This document shows, piece after piece, positions 26,881 to 35,231 of a stretch of DNA of 64,000 nucleotides. The DNA is from an uncultured Enterobacteriaceae bacterium (GTDB lineage: Bacteria; Pseudomonadota; Gammaproteobacteria; Burkholderiales; SG8-39). The stretch is taken from contig CAZMGP010000001.1 in NCBI GenBank assembly GCA_964565875.1, positions 123,747-187,746 on the forward strand, in the 5' to 3' direction. Position numbers and translations under genes: made by a program. The notes under the pieces were generated by a model, which ran no database searches, was not told the DNA's origin, and saw only the letters and a list, made by a program, of their open reading frames with translations. Within the stretch, counting starts at the first letter, position 1, and the number at the start of each line of letters is the position of its first letter.

Positions 26881-28335
26881 ATGCGCATGATCGAGGCCAT
26901 TCCCGTCGCTGAACGCGCCGCGCGGCTCGTCGCCGCGGGGCTGGGCGAGGCCAAGGCGCTCGCCTTTCTCGAAGCGCGCGACGCGGCGGCGAGTGAGCTG
27001 GCCGAGGGCGACGCGCAAGCGCTACCCGGCGCCGCAGCGAGACTCGGCGCGGTGTGCCGGCAAGGGCGCGAGTTGCTGGCGCGCCTTCCGCTCAGGTCCA
27101 GGCGCAATCCCGGCGAAAAGGCCGCGGGACATGCGTTGGCGCATTTGCTCGCCGACGCGGTCTGGCGCTTCTTCCGCGCCTATCGCCAGCCGATCTACGC
27201 CGCGCTGACCGCGCACCGCACTCGCTTCCTGCGGGTGGACGATCTCGCCTGGGCGGGTGCTGAGCTTCTGCCCGGCATCCTGCCCAGCAAAGCGGAACTG
27301 GCAGAGGAGAGCCGGCAGTTGCAGATGGACAAGGACGGGCTGGAAATCCATCAGGGCCTGTTCTTCAGCCAGCTCTTGAGCGATCGGGAAATCGGGCTGC
27401 ACCTGTGCACCGCGATGCTGCTGCCGACCGCGTCGGCGCTCACGCGCCTGGACGAGTTCCGCCGGCTCGGCAAGCTCGACCTCGGTGCGGTGCAGTTGGA
27501 GGCGCAAGGCGAGGCCGGCTATCTCTATTTCCATCACCCGCGCTACATCAATGCCGAGGACGACGACACCCTCGCGCCCCAGGAACTCGCCTGCGATCTC
27601 ATCCTGCTGCACCCGGGCTTGCGCATGGGCGTGCTGCGCGGCGCGCCGGTGGATCATCCGAAATATCAGGGACGGCGCATTTTCTCGGCGGGCATCAACC
27701 TGACGCGCATCTATCACGGCAAGCAAAGCTATCTGTTCTATCTCACCCGAGACATGGGATTGCTGAACAAGCTGTTTCGCGGTCTCGCCGCCGCGGACGG
27801 CGCGGGATCTCCGGAAATCCGAGCCAACGAACCCGAGCAGACGCTGGAGAAGCCGTGGCTTGCCGTGGTCGACGGCTTCGCCATCGGCGGCGGTTGCCAA
27901 CTGCTGCTGGTGATGGATTATGTCATCGCCGAATCAGGCGCCTATTTCAACCTGCCGGCGCGCAAGGAGGGCATCATTCCGGGCTGCGCGAACCTGCGGC
28001 TGCCGCGCTTTATGGGCGAGCGCCTCGCGCGCCAAGCCATCATGTTCGACAAGACCTTCCGCGTCGACGAGCCCGAGGCACGCAGCTTGGTGAACGATGT
28101 CGTCGCGCGCGAACGCCTGGACCAAGCGGTCGAGGATTGCGTTGGAAACGCGCTCGGCTCGGGCATGGTGAGCGCCGCGGGCAACCGCAAGGCGATCCGT
28201 ATCCAGACCGAACCGCTCGACACCTTCCGCGCCTACATGGCGACCTACGCCTACGAGCAGGCGTTCTGCCACTTGAGCGAACAATTGGTGCACAACCTCG
28301 AGCGCCACTGGGACGCGAAAAAGCGCAAGCTCTGA
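26881..28335 (+). CDS. crotonase-superfamily protein with long N-terminal extension (DpgC-like, tentative)
   Basis: The enoyl-CoA hydratase-type core is present (FSAGINL, AVVDGFAIGGGCQLLLVMDYVIA, NLPARKEGIIPG). A 484-aa length with an extra N-terminal domain resembles cofactor-independent DpgC-type dioxygenases. That assignment is an inference. Confidence 0.7.
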   Translation: MRMIEAIPVAERAARLVAAGLGEAKALAFLEARDAAASELAEGDAQALPGAAARLGAVCRQGRELLARLPLRSRRNPGEKAAGHALAHLLADAVWRFFRAYRQPIYAALTAHRTRFLRVDDLAWAGAELLPGILPSKAELAEESRQLQMDKDGLEIHQGLFFSQLLSDREIGLHLCTAMLLPTASALTRLDEFRRLGKLDLGAVQLEAQGEAGYLYFHHPRYINAEDDDTLAPQELACDLILLHPGLRMGVLRGAPVDHPKYQGRRIFSAGINLTRIYHGKQSYLFYLTRDMGLLNKLFRGLAAADGAGSPEIRANEPEQTLEKPWLAVVDGFAIGGGCQLLLVMDYVIAESGAYFNLPARKEGIIPGCANLRLPRFMGERLARQAIMFDKTFRVDEPEARSLVNDVVARERLDQAVEDCVGNALGSGMVSAAGNRKAIRIQTEPLDTFRAYMATYAYEQAFCHLSEQLVHNLERHWDAKKRKL

Positions 28336-28433
28336 GCGCATCGCTGGCCGCGAGCGCGGAAACATTTTGTTACAGCGGAGCGGGGGTCCATTTGCTATGC
28401 TGAAACCAGGTGAGGTTTCTGTAGGCGGTGGCC

Positions 28434-28787
28434 ATGAAACCGAAGAAAGCAGTACTCGGTGCGATCGCGCTGCTCGTGGCGCTGGGCGCAAGCGATGCGG
28501 CGCTCGCCTGGGGGCGGCATGGACACGCGCACTTCGGCGTGGCGGTAGGTGGGCCGCTCTGGTGGGGGCCACCGTATCCCTACTATTACCCGCCCTCCTA
28601 CTACTATCCGCCCGTCTATTACCCTGTGGCACCCGCAGCACCGCCGGTCTACGTCGAGCAGGGCGCGGCGCCGCCCGCTGCGCGCGAGAATTATTGGTAT
28701 TACTGCGCCGAGGCGAAGGGCTATTACCCTTACGTCAAGGAATGTCCCGGCGGCTGGCAGCGCGTGTCGCCCCAGCCACTTAACTGA
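28434..28787 (+). CDS. secreted Pro/Tyr-rich small protein with conserved Cys-pair C-terminus
   Basis: There is a signal peptide (AVLGAIALLVALGASDAALA). The core is PYPYYYPPSYYYPPVYYP. The tail is NYWYYCAEAKGYYPYVKECPGGWQRV. Confidence 0.6.
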   Translation: MKPKKAVLGAIALLVALGASDAALAWGRHGHAHFGVAVGGPLWWGPPYPYYYPPSYYYPPVYYPVAPAAPPVYVEQGAAPPAARENYWYYCAEAKGYYPYVKECPGGWQRVSPQPLN

Positions 28788-28805
28788 CACGGATCTCCGC
28801 CCAGT

Positions 28806-29309
28806 ATGAAGCTGAAGCGCGGCGCTCACGTCGTCCTGCTTGCAGTCGCGCTGCTCGCCGGCTGCGTGAGCGTGCCTAGCGGCCCGAGCGTCCTGGTGCT
28901 GCCGGGGACGGGGAAGAATTTCGACCAGTTCCGCGCCGACGACTTCGAATGCAGGCAATACGCGAGCAGCCAGGTCGGTGGAACGAACCCGAACGAGATT
29001 GCCGGCGAAAGCGTGGCGAAGAGCGCCGCGCTCGGCACGGTGGTCGGCGCGGCGGCCGGCGCCGCCGTCGGCGGGCAACGCGGCGCGAGCGTGGGTGCGG
29101 GCACGGGGCTCGCCGCCGGCACGATCGCCGGGACGAGCGCCGGCAGCAGCTCGAGCTACGCCCTGCAGCAACGCTACGATTACGCGTTCGAGCAGTGCAT
29201 GTATGCCAAGGGTCACAAGATTCCCGTGGCCGGAGGCTTCGAGTCCGTACCTTCCCCGCCACGGGGAACTTATCCGCCACCGCCGCCCCCTCCTCCGCCT
29301 GCGCGCTAG
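28806..29309 (+). CDS. glycine-zipper lipoprotein
   Basis: A lipobox is present (LLAGC). Gly/Ala zipper repeats follow (GTVVGAAAGAAVGGQRGASVGAGTGLAAGTIAG). The tail is Pro-rich. Confidence 0.7.
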   Translation: MKLKRGAHVVLLAVALLAGCVSVPSGPSVLVLPGTGKNFDQFRADDFECRQYASSQVGGTNPNEIAGESVAKSAALGTVVGAAAGAAVGGQRGASVGAGTGLAAGTIAGTSAGSSSSYALQQRYDYAFEQCMYAKGHKIPVAGGFESVPSPPRGTYPPPPPPPPPAR

Positions 29310-29394
29310 GTCGCCGCGCCGGCGGGCGGACCCCCGCCCCGGATGCTATGCTCCGCGGCGAGTCTTCCACTTTCACACTCACGCCGGAGGCACC

Positions 29395-29604
29395 ATGAGA
29401 GCCGTCGCCATTGCCATCTTTGCCGCCATGCTCGCAGCCTGCGGCGTCGACAGCGCGAGCACTGCCGCGACAGTCGCCGCGGCCAAGAAACAGGAGCTCG
29501 AGCAAGGCAAGAAGACCATGGAGCAGATGCAGCAGAGCGTGGGGCAGGCGGCGGAGCAGGCCGAGCAGCGCGCGAAGCAATTGGACGAAGCCGCGGCGAA
29601 ATGA
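29395..29604 (+). CDS. small coiled-coil lipoprotein (69 aa)
   Basis: A GGAGG lies 5 nt upstream of the ATG. The lipobox is AAMLAAC. The remainder is rich in Ala, Gln, Glu and Lys. In the track it is embedded in a longer, implausible ORF (28978-29604). Confidence 0.5.
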   Translation: MRAVAIAIFAAMLAACGVDSASTAATVAAAKKQELEQGKKTMEQMQQSVGQAAEQAEQRAKQLDEAAAK

Positions 29605-29629
29605 GCGTTGCGCGTCCGTCGCGAAATCT

Positions 29630-29643
29630 TTGATGTCCCTCAA
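29630..29643 (+). promoter_or_regulatory. FNR/Dnr-type box (TTGA-N6-TCAA) upstream of the hemerythrin operon
   Basis: The box is TTGATGTCCCTCAA, within the perfect outer dyad CTTTGA-N6-TCAAAG. A TAACAT hexamer lies about 30 nt downstream, which is class II geometry. ATG 29705 follows. Confidence 0.55.
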
Positions 29644-29704
29644 AGCCGCGGCGCGCGGCGACTTGCTAACATCGGCCGCCAACTATACTGACGGAGCATC
29701 GCCC

Positions 29705-30157
29705 ATGAGCCTGCCAACCCAAGTCCTGCCCGATCACCACAAGCATTGCGACGATCTTTTCGTCGCCGCGGAAGACGCAGTCGAGCGCGGCGACTGGGCG
29801 GCGGCCGCGGCTGCGTTCGCACGCTTTCAGACGCAGATGCAGGCGCACTTCGCCGCCGAAGAGGACCTGCTGTTCCCGGCGTTCGAATCCGCCACCGGCA
29901 TGAGAGCCGGCCCGACGCAGATGATGCGGCACGAGCACGAACAAATGCGCTCACTGCTGTCCCAGCTCGAAGAGGCCTGCGCCGCGCGCGATCGCGACGC
30001 CTATTCGGGTAGCGCCGAGACGCTGCTGATGTTGATGCAGCAGCACAACATGAAAGAGGAGAACATCCTCTATCCCATGTGCGACCGCGCGCTGGGCGCG
30101 CAGGCAGCGGCACTGGGCGATCAAATGAGCGGCATGCTCGAAGCGGGGCATGGCTGA
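29705..30157 (+). CDS. hemerythrin-like di-iron domain protein
   Basis: The His/Glu pattern is DHHKHCDDLF...HFAAEEDLLFP...MRHEHEQM...HNMKEENILYP. Confidence 0.8.
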   Translation: MSLPTQVLPDHHKHCDDLFVAAEDAVERGDWAAAAAAFARFQTQMQAHFAAEEDLLFPAFESATGMRAGPTQMMRHEHEQMRSLLSQLEEACAARDRDAYSGSAETLLMLMQQHNMKEENILYPMCDRALGAQAAALGDQMSGMLEAGHG

Positions 30158-30371
30158 GCCACACGTCATCGATGGCCGTGGCATGCAGCCGCCGGAGCCG
30201 CTGGAACTGGCGATGGCAGCGCTGCCCAAGCTCGGAGAAGGCGAGGAGTTGGTGATGCTGCTGCACTGCGAGCCGCTGCCCCTGTATTCGATTCTCGAGC
30301 GCAACGGCTACGGCTATCGCTCCGTGCGCCACGCCGACGGCACCAACGAAATTCATATTCGAAAGCTCTGA
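30150..30371 (+). CDS. DUF2249-type small protein (TusA/SirA-like fold)
   Basis: The 73-aa protein overlaps the hemerythrin gene stop. IDGRGMQPPEPLELAM..L is the pattern I recall for DUF2249, which commonly accompanies hemerythrin-like proteins. Confidence 0.75.
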   Translation: MAEPHVIDGRGMQPPEPLELAMAALPKLGEGEELVMLLHCEPLPLYSILERNGYGYRSVRHADGTNEIHIRKL

Positions 30372-30489
30372 ACCAAGCCGATAGCCGGCGCCAAGGCGAT
30401 AGCCGGCGCTTTGTGCGCCCGCCCGGCACGCGTCGCGGTGCACTGCGCCGGCGCAGGTCAAAACGATACTTAGCAGCCGAACCGAAGCC

Positions 30490-31839
30490 GTGAATTCCTC
30501 GCAGTCGAGCCTGTCCTTCGAGCAGGCACCGCCGATCTCGGTGCCTTATCGCTTCTTTCTCACCGCGCCGCTGTTCGGCGCCTTGGCCGGTCTCGTCCTG
30601 GTGTGGCTCGGCCCGGAAGCGCTCGAATCGCGCTGGGCGCCGGGCGCTTTGGCGATGACGCATCTGATCGTGGTCGATTTCATGCTGCAGACCATGTGCG
30701 GATCGCTGCTGCAATTCGTCGCCGTGGTGGCGGGCGCGAACATCTGGCGACCGCGCCTGGTCGCAGCGATCGTGCATCCCTTGATCACGGCGGGTGCGGT
30801 GTTCCTGGTCGCCGCCTTCCTGCTGGAGGAGCCGCCCCTATTCCTGCTCGCTGCCCTGGTATTCGCCTGCGCGCTGGGCTTGTTTCTCACCGTCATGGCG
30901 CTGGCGCTACTGCGCACACCGGCCCGCGGCATGTCCATCCATGTGCTGCGCATCGCCGTGCTGGGGCTCCTCGTGACGGTCGCGCTCGGCGTCACCCTGG
31001 CGAGCATTCTGGGGCTGCAGGAATTTTGGCGACCAGACTGGCCGCTGCTGCCGCTGATCAACGTCCATCTCGCCTGGGGTCTGGGCGGATGGGCGCTGAT
31101 GCTGGTGGTCGGCGTCTCCTACATGGTGGTGCCGATGTTCCAGCTGACGCCGCCGTATCCGCTCTGGCTGACGCGGCTGCTGCCCGCCGGCCTGTTCGTC
31201 GCGGTGTGCCTATGGTCCTTGCAGCTCTTTACCGCGCGCGGCGAAGCCCAGTCCTGGCACGCAGCCGCGGCGGCGGGGGGAATGCTCATCGCCGGTTTCT
31301 ATGCCGGGGTGACGCTGCGCTTGCAGGCGCAGCGCAAGCGTCGCCAGACCGACGTGACTTTCCTCTTCTGGCGCTGTGCCATGCTGTCGCTCGCGGTACT
31401 CGCTGTTTCCTGGCTCGTGTTCCTGCTCGCGCCGCAGCTTGGAAACCATGCGCGCGCGTCGCTGTGGCTCGGCGCGCTGGCGCTGCCGGGCGCGTTCTTT
31501 TCCGTCATCAACGGCATGCTGTACAAAATCATGCCCTTCCTCAACTGGCTGCACTTGCAGCAGCAGGGCGGATTTACGCGCAATACGCCGAACATGAAGC
31601 AGATGATTCCGGAAGGCGCCATGCGCGGCCAGATGTGGCTGCATTTTGCCGCTTACCTGCTACTGCTTGCGGCTGTGCTGTGGCCTGCGCTCGCGCGCAT
31701 AGCGGGCCTCGCCTTCGCCGCATCCTGCCTATGGCTGGAATGGAATCTGGCCGGCGCGGCGCGTCTCTACGCCCGACTGAGAGCGCAGCTCCCGAGCGCG
31801 CCGCGCGAAGGCGGAGCGGGTGCCGCGCGTTCGCCCTAG
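30490..31839 (+). CDS. polytopic membrane protein, function unknown (possibly NnrS-like)
   Basis: The 449-aa protein has about 12 hydrophobic helices. It has a GTG start with a weak SD. The NnrS resemblance (YRFFLTAPLF, THLIVVDFML..G.LLQF) is only impressionistic. Confidence 0.65.
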   Translation: MNSSQSSLSFEQAPPISVPYRFFLTAPLFGALAGLVLVWLGPEALESRWAPGALAMTHLIVVDFMLQTMCGSLLQFVAVVAGANIWRPRLVAAIVHPLITAGAVFLVAAFLLEEPPLFLLAALVFACALGLFLTVMALALLRTPARGMSIHVLRIAVLGLLVTVALGVTLASILGLQEFWRPDWPLLPLINVHLAWGLGGWALMLVVGVSYMVVPMFQLTPPYPLWLTRLLPAGLFVAVCLWSLQLFTARGEAQSWHAAAAAGGMLIAGFYAGVTLRLQAQRKRRQTDVTFLFWRCAMLSLAVLAVSWLVFLLAPQLGNHARASLWLGALALPGAFFSVINGMLYKIMPFLNWLHLQQQGGFTRNTPNMKQMIPEGAMRGQMWLHFAAYLLLLAAVLWPALARIAGLAFAASCLWLEWNLAGAARLYARLRAQLPSAPREGGAGAARSP

Positions 31840-32963
31840 AAGACGATGATCTGCCGCACCGCCTGGCCTGCGGCCAAGCGGTCGAAGCCCATGTTGATGT
31901 CGTCCAGGCCGATGCGATGGGTGATCAGCTTGTCCACCGGCAGTTTGCCCGCGCGATAGAGTGCGGTGAAGCGCGGAATGTCGCGCGCCGGCACCGCCGA
32001 GCCGAGGAAGCTGCCGCGCAGCGTGCGTTCTTCCAGCACCATATTGACCGCGGGCAGAGGGAAGGTGTGCGTGGGATGGGGCAGGCTCACCGTGACCGTG
32101 GTGCCGCCCCAACGCGTGATCTTATATGCGGTTTCGAGCGCTACGACCGAACTCGCCGCCTCCACCGCCGCGTCCACGCCGCCGCCGGTCGCGGCCTTGA
32201 CCTTCGCTACCAGATCGGGGTCGTCGGCGCGGAAGGTGTGGGTGGCGCCGAGGGAACGCGCGATTTCCAGCTTCGAGTCGAGCTTGTCGATGGCGACGAT
32301 CTGGCGCGCACCGGCCGCGATCGCCCCGAGCATGGCCGATAGGCCGACGCCCCCCAGCCCGACGATGCCGGCGGCGCCGCCGAGCCGCAGCTGCGCCGCA
32401 TTGATCGCTGCGCCGACGCCGGTGAGCACCGCGCAACCGAACACCGCGGCGATGTCGAGCGGGATGTCATTGTCGATCTTGACCAGGCTGCCGCGCGCCA
32501 ACACGGCATATTCTGCGAAGCAGGACACACCCGCCTGATGATTGAGCAGGCTGTTGTTGGTGCGGCGCAGCCGTCGGTGCCCGCCCAGCAGCGTGCCCGC
32601 CACCGCGGCGTGGAATCCCGGCTCGCACAGCGCCGGACGGCCTTCGCGGCAAGGCATGCAGTGGCCGCAATTGGGAGCGAATACCAGGGCGACATGGTCG
32701 CCGCGCTGCAGATCGGTTACGCCCGGCCCGAGCTCTTCAACGATGCCGGCCGCTTCGTGTCCGAGCACGAGTGGCATGGCGCGCGGCCGGTCGCCGTTGA
32801 TGACCGACAGGTCCGAATGGCACAGCCCCGCCGCGCCCATTTTCACCAACACCTCGCCCGCCCCCGGGGAATCGAGTTCTATGGTTTCGACGCTGACCGG
32901 GCGGGACTTCGCATAGGGTTGCGGCTGCTCCATCCGGTCGAGGATGGCGGCACGGATCTTCAT
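31836..32963 (-). CDS. zinc-dependent alcohol dehydrogenase (MDR family)
   Basis: The motifs are GLCHSDLSV, GHEAAGIVEELG and the Rossmann motif GLGGVGLS. Its stop overlaps the convergent upstream gene by 4 nt. Confidence 0.9.
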   Translation of the reverse strand: MKIRAAILDRMEQPQPYAKSRPVSVETIELDSPGAGEVLVKMGAAGLCHSDLSVINGDRPRAMPLVLGHEAAGIVEELGPGVTDLQRGDHVALVFAPNCGHCMPCREGRPALCEPGFHAAVAGTLLGGHRRLRRTNNSLLNHQAGVSCFAEYAVLARGSLVKIDNDIPLDIAAVFGCAVLTGVGAAINAAQLRLGGAAGIVGLGGVGLSAMLGAIAAGARQIVAIDKLDSKLEIARSLGATHTFRADDPDLVAKVKAATGGGVDAAVEAASSVVALETAYKITRWGGTTVTVSLPHPTHTFPLPAVNMVLEERTLRGSFLGSAVPARDIPRFTALYRAGKLPVDKLITHRIGLDDINMGFDRLAAGQAVRQIIVF

Positions 32964-33125
32964 GGGAACGTCTCCAGGGAATGTGGCTGAGCGGGGATGG
33001 ATGCCACCATACCACAGTCGTCGTCGCGCTACCGAGCGCGGCGTTCTTGTCGGCGCAGGCGTATGCCGCTAGACTGTAGTTTTATACAGGAATGGCTGTT
33101 CGGTCACGACCGGCAGGCCAAGGCG

Positions 33126-35183
33126 ATGACACCCGCGTATCTGGAAAGCCTCAACCCGGCGCAACGCGCCGCCGTCACTTGCGGCATCGGCAGCGCCGCT
33201 GTCGCAGCGCCGCTGCTGGTGATTGCCGGCGCCGGATCGGGCAAGACCAAGACGCTCGCCACGCGTGTGGCGCACTTGATCCTGAACGGCGTCGATCCGC
33301 GCCGCATCCTACTCCTCACCTTTGCGCGACGCATGGCGAGCGAAATGCTCCGCCGCGTCGACCAAATCTGCGCCGAGGCACTCAAAGGCAAGAGCACTCA
33401 TGCCGCGCATGCGGTGCAATGGTCGGGCACGTTTCACGCCGTGGGTGCGCGGCTGCTGCGCCTGTACGCCGAGAGCATAGGACTCGACCCGGCCTTCTCC
33501 ATCCTCGATCGCGCCGATGCCGCCGACCTGCTCGATCTGGTGCGCGACGAGCTGCGTTTGTCGGAAGCAAAAGGGCGCTTCCCGAAGAAGGCGACTTGCC
33601 TCGCCATCTATTCCAGCGTGGTCAACGGCCAGCTCTCGCTGCACGATGCGTTGGCGCGCTTCTTCCCCTGGTGCGGCGAATGGGAAGACGACTTGAAGCG
33701 CTTGTTCGCCGCCTATGTCGAGGCGAAGCAGGCGCAATCCGTGCTCGACTTCGACGACCTGCTGCTCTACTGGTCGCAGATGATGGGTGTGGACGAAATC
33801 GCGCGCCAGGTGTCGGCGCGCTTCGATCACGTGCTGGTGGACGAATACCAGGACACCAACGCGCTGCAAGCGGCGATCCTGCTCGGGCTGAAGCCGGACG
33901 GCAGAGGCTTGACGGTAGTCGGCGACGATGCGCAGTCGATCTATTCCTTCCGCGCGGCGCGGGTGGAGAACATCCTGGAATTTCCCGCGCTGTTCAAGCC
34001 GGCGGCGGAACGCGTCACCCTGGAGCAGAACTACCGCTCGAGCCAAGCCATCCTCGCGGCGTGCAACAGGGTGATCGGCCACGCGAGCGCGCGCTTCGCC
34101 AAGAATCTTTATTCCGAGCGTAGCGGCGGCAAGCCGCTGATCGCGATGGTCGCCGACGAAACCGAACAGGTCGATTTCGTGGTGGCGCGCGTGCTCGCGA
34201 ACCGCGAGGCCGGCATGGACCTGCGCGAACAGGCCGTGCTGTTTCGCGCCTCGCAGCACTCGGCGCCGCTGGAACTCGAGCTCTTGCGGCGCGGCATTCC
34301 TTTCGTCAAGTACGGCGGACTGAAGTTCCTCGAAGCGGCGCATGTGAAGGACATGCTTGCCTTGCTGCGCTGGATCGAGAACCCGCGCGACCGCACGGCG
34401 GGCTTGCGCGTGCTCAAGCTCATCCCAGGAATCGGGCCGGCGATCGCGCGTCGCGCATTGGACGGCATCGAGCGCGAGGGGCGTGGGCTCGCGGCGCTCG
34501 CGCGCTTCCGCCCACCTGCCGCCGCCGCGGAAGTGTTTGCGGCCCTGCTCGCGGCGCTGCAGGAGGCCGCGGCCGCCGCACCCTGGCAGGCCCAGATCGA
34601 ACGGCTGCGGCACTGGTACGACGCGCTGCTCGCGCAGAACTACGACAGCGCGCCTACGCGCCTGGGCGACCTCGACCAGCTCGAGCGCATGGCGGCGCAG
34701 CACGCCTCGCGCTCCTCCTTCCTCACCGATCTGACCCTCGATCCGCCTGAAGCGTCAGGGGCCGAGGCCGGCCCGCCGCTGAAAGACGAAGACTGGCTCG
34801 TGCTGTCGACCATCCATTCGGCGAAGGGCCAGGAATGGCGCGCAGTCATGGTGCTCAACGTGGTCGATGGCTGCATCCCGTCCGACATGGCGACCGATAC
34901 GCCGGAAGAGATCGAGGAGGAACGGCGGCTACTCTATGTCGCGATGACGCGCGCACGCGACGATCTGGTGCTGATGCAGCCGCTGCGCTTCTATGTGCAC
35001 GGGCAGGGCTACGGCGGCGATCGCAGCGTGTATGCGCCGCGCAGCCGCTTCGTCGCCGATGCGGATCTCGATGCGTTCGAACTCGTCGGCGTAGCGCCGC
35101 GCGAGCGGCGCTCGAATCAGGCGCCCGCTCCGCTTGCGGCGAGCGTCGACCTCAAACTCGGCATGCGCGAGATGTGGCGCTAG
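33126..35183 (+). CDS. UvrD/Rep-family ATP-dependent DNA helicase
   Basis: The sequence has LNPAQRAAV, Walker A AGAGSGKT, VDEYQDTN, and the later helicase motifs (QNYRS, TIHSAKGQEW, YVAMTRAR). ATG 33126 was chosen over the longer track ORF. Confidence 0.9.
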   Translation: MTPAYLESLNPAQRAAVTCGIGSAAVAAPLLVIAGAGSGKTKTLATRVAHLILNGVDPRRILLLTFARRMASEMLRRVDQICAEALKGKSTHAAHAVQWSGTFHAVGARLLRLYAESIGLDPAFSILDRADAADLLDLVRDELRLSEAKGRFPKKATCLAIYSSVVNGQLSLHDALARFFPWCGEWEDDLKRLFAAYVEAKQAQSVLDFDDLLLYWSQMMGVDEIARQVSARFDHVLVDEYQDTNALQAAILLGLKPDGRGLTVVGDDAQSIYSFRAARVENILEFPALFKPAAERVTLEQNYRSSQAILAACNRVIGHASARFAKNLYSERSGGKPLIAMVADETEQVDFVVARVLANREAGMDLREQAVLFRASQHSAPLELELLRRGIPFVKYGGLKFLEAAHVKDMLALLRWIENPRDRTAGLRVLKLIPGIGPAIARRALDGIEREGRGLAALARFRPPAAAAEVFAALLAALQEAAAAAPWQAQIERLRHWYDALLAQNYDSAPTRLGDLDQLERMAAQHASRSSFLTDLTLDPPEASGAEAGPPLKDEDWLVLSTIHSAKGQEWRAVMVLNVVDGCIPSDMATDTPEEIEEERRLLYVAMTRARDDLVLMQPLRFYVHGQGYGGDRSVYAPRSRFVADADLDAFELVGVAPRERRSNQAPAPLAASVDLKLGMREMWR

Positions 35184-35231
35184 ATACGCAAGCGTCCTAG
35201 TGCCGTACCGTTCGGCCGTCTTCAGGCAGGC

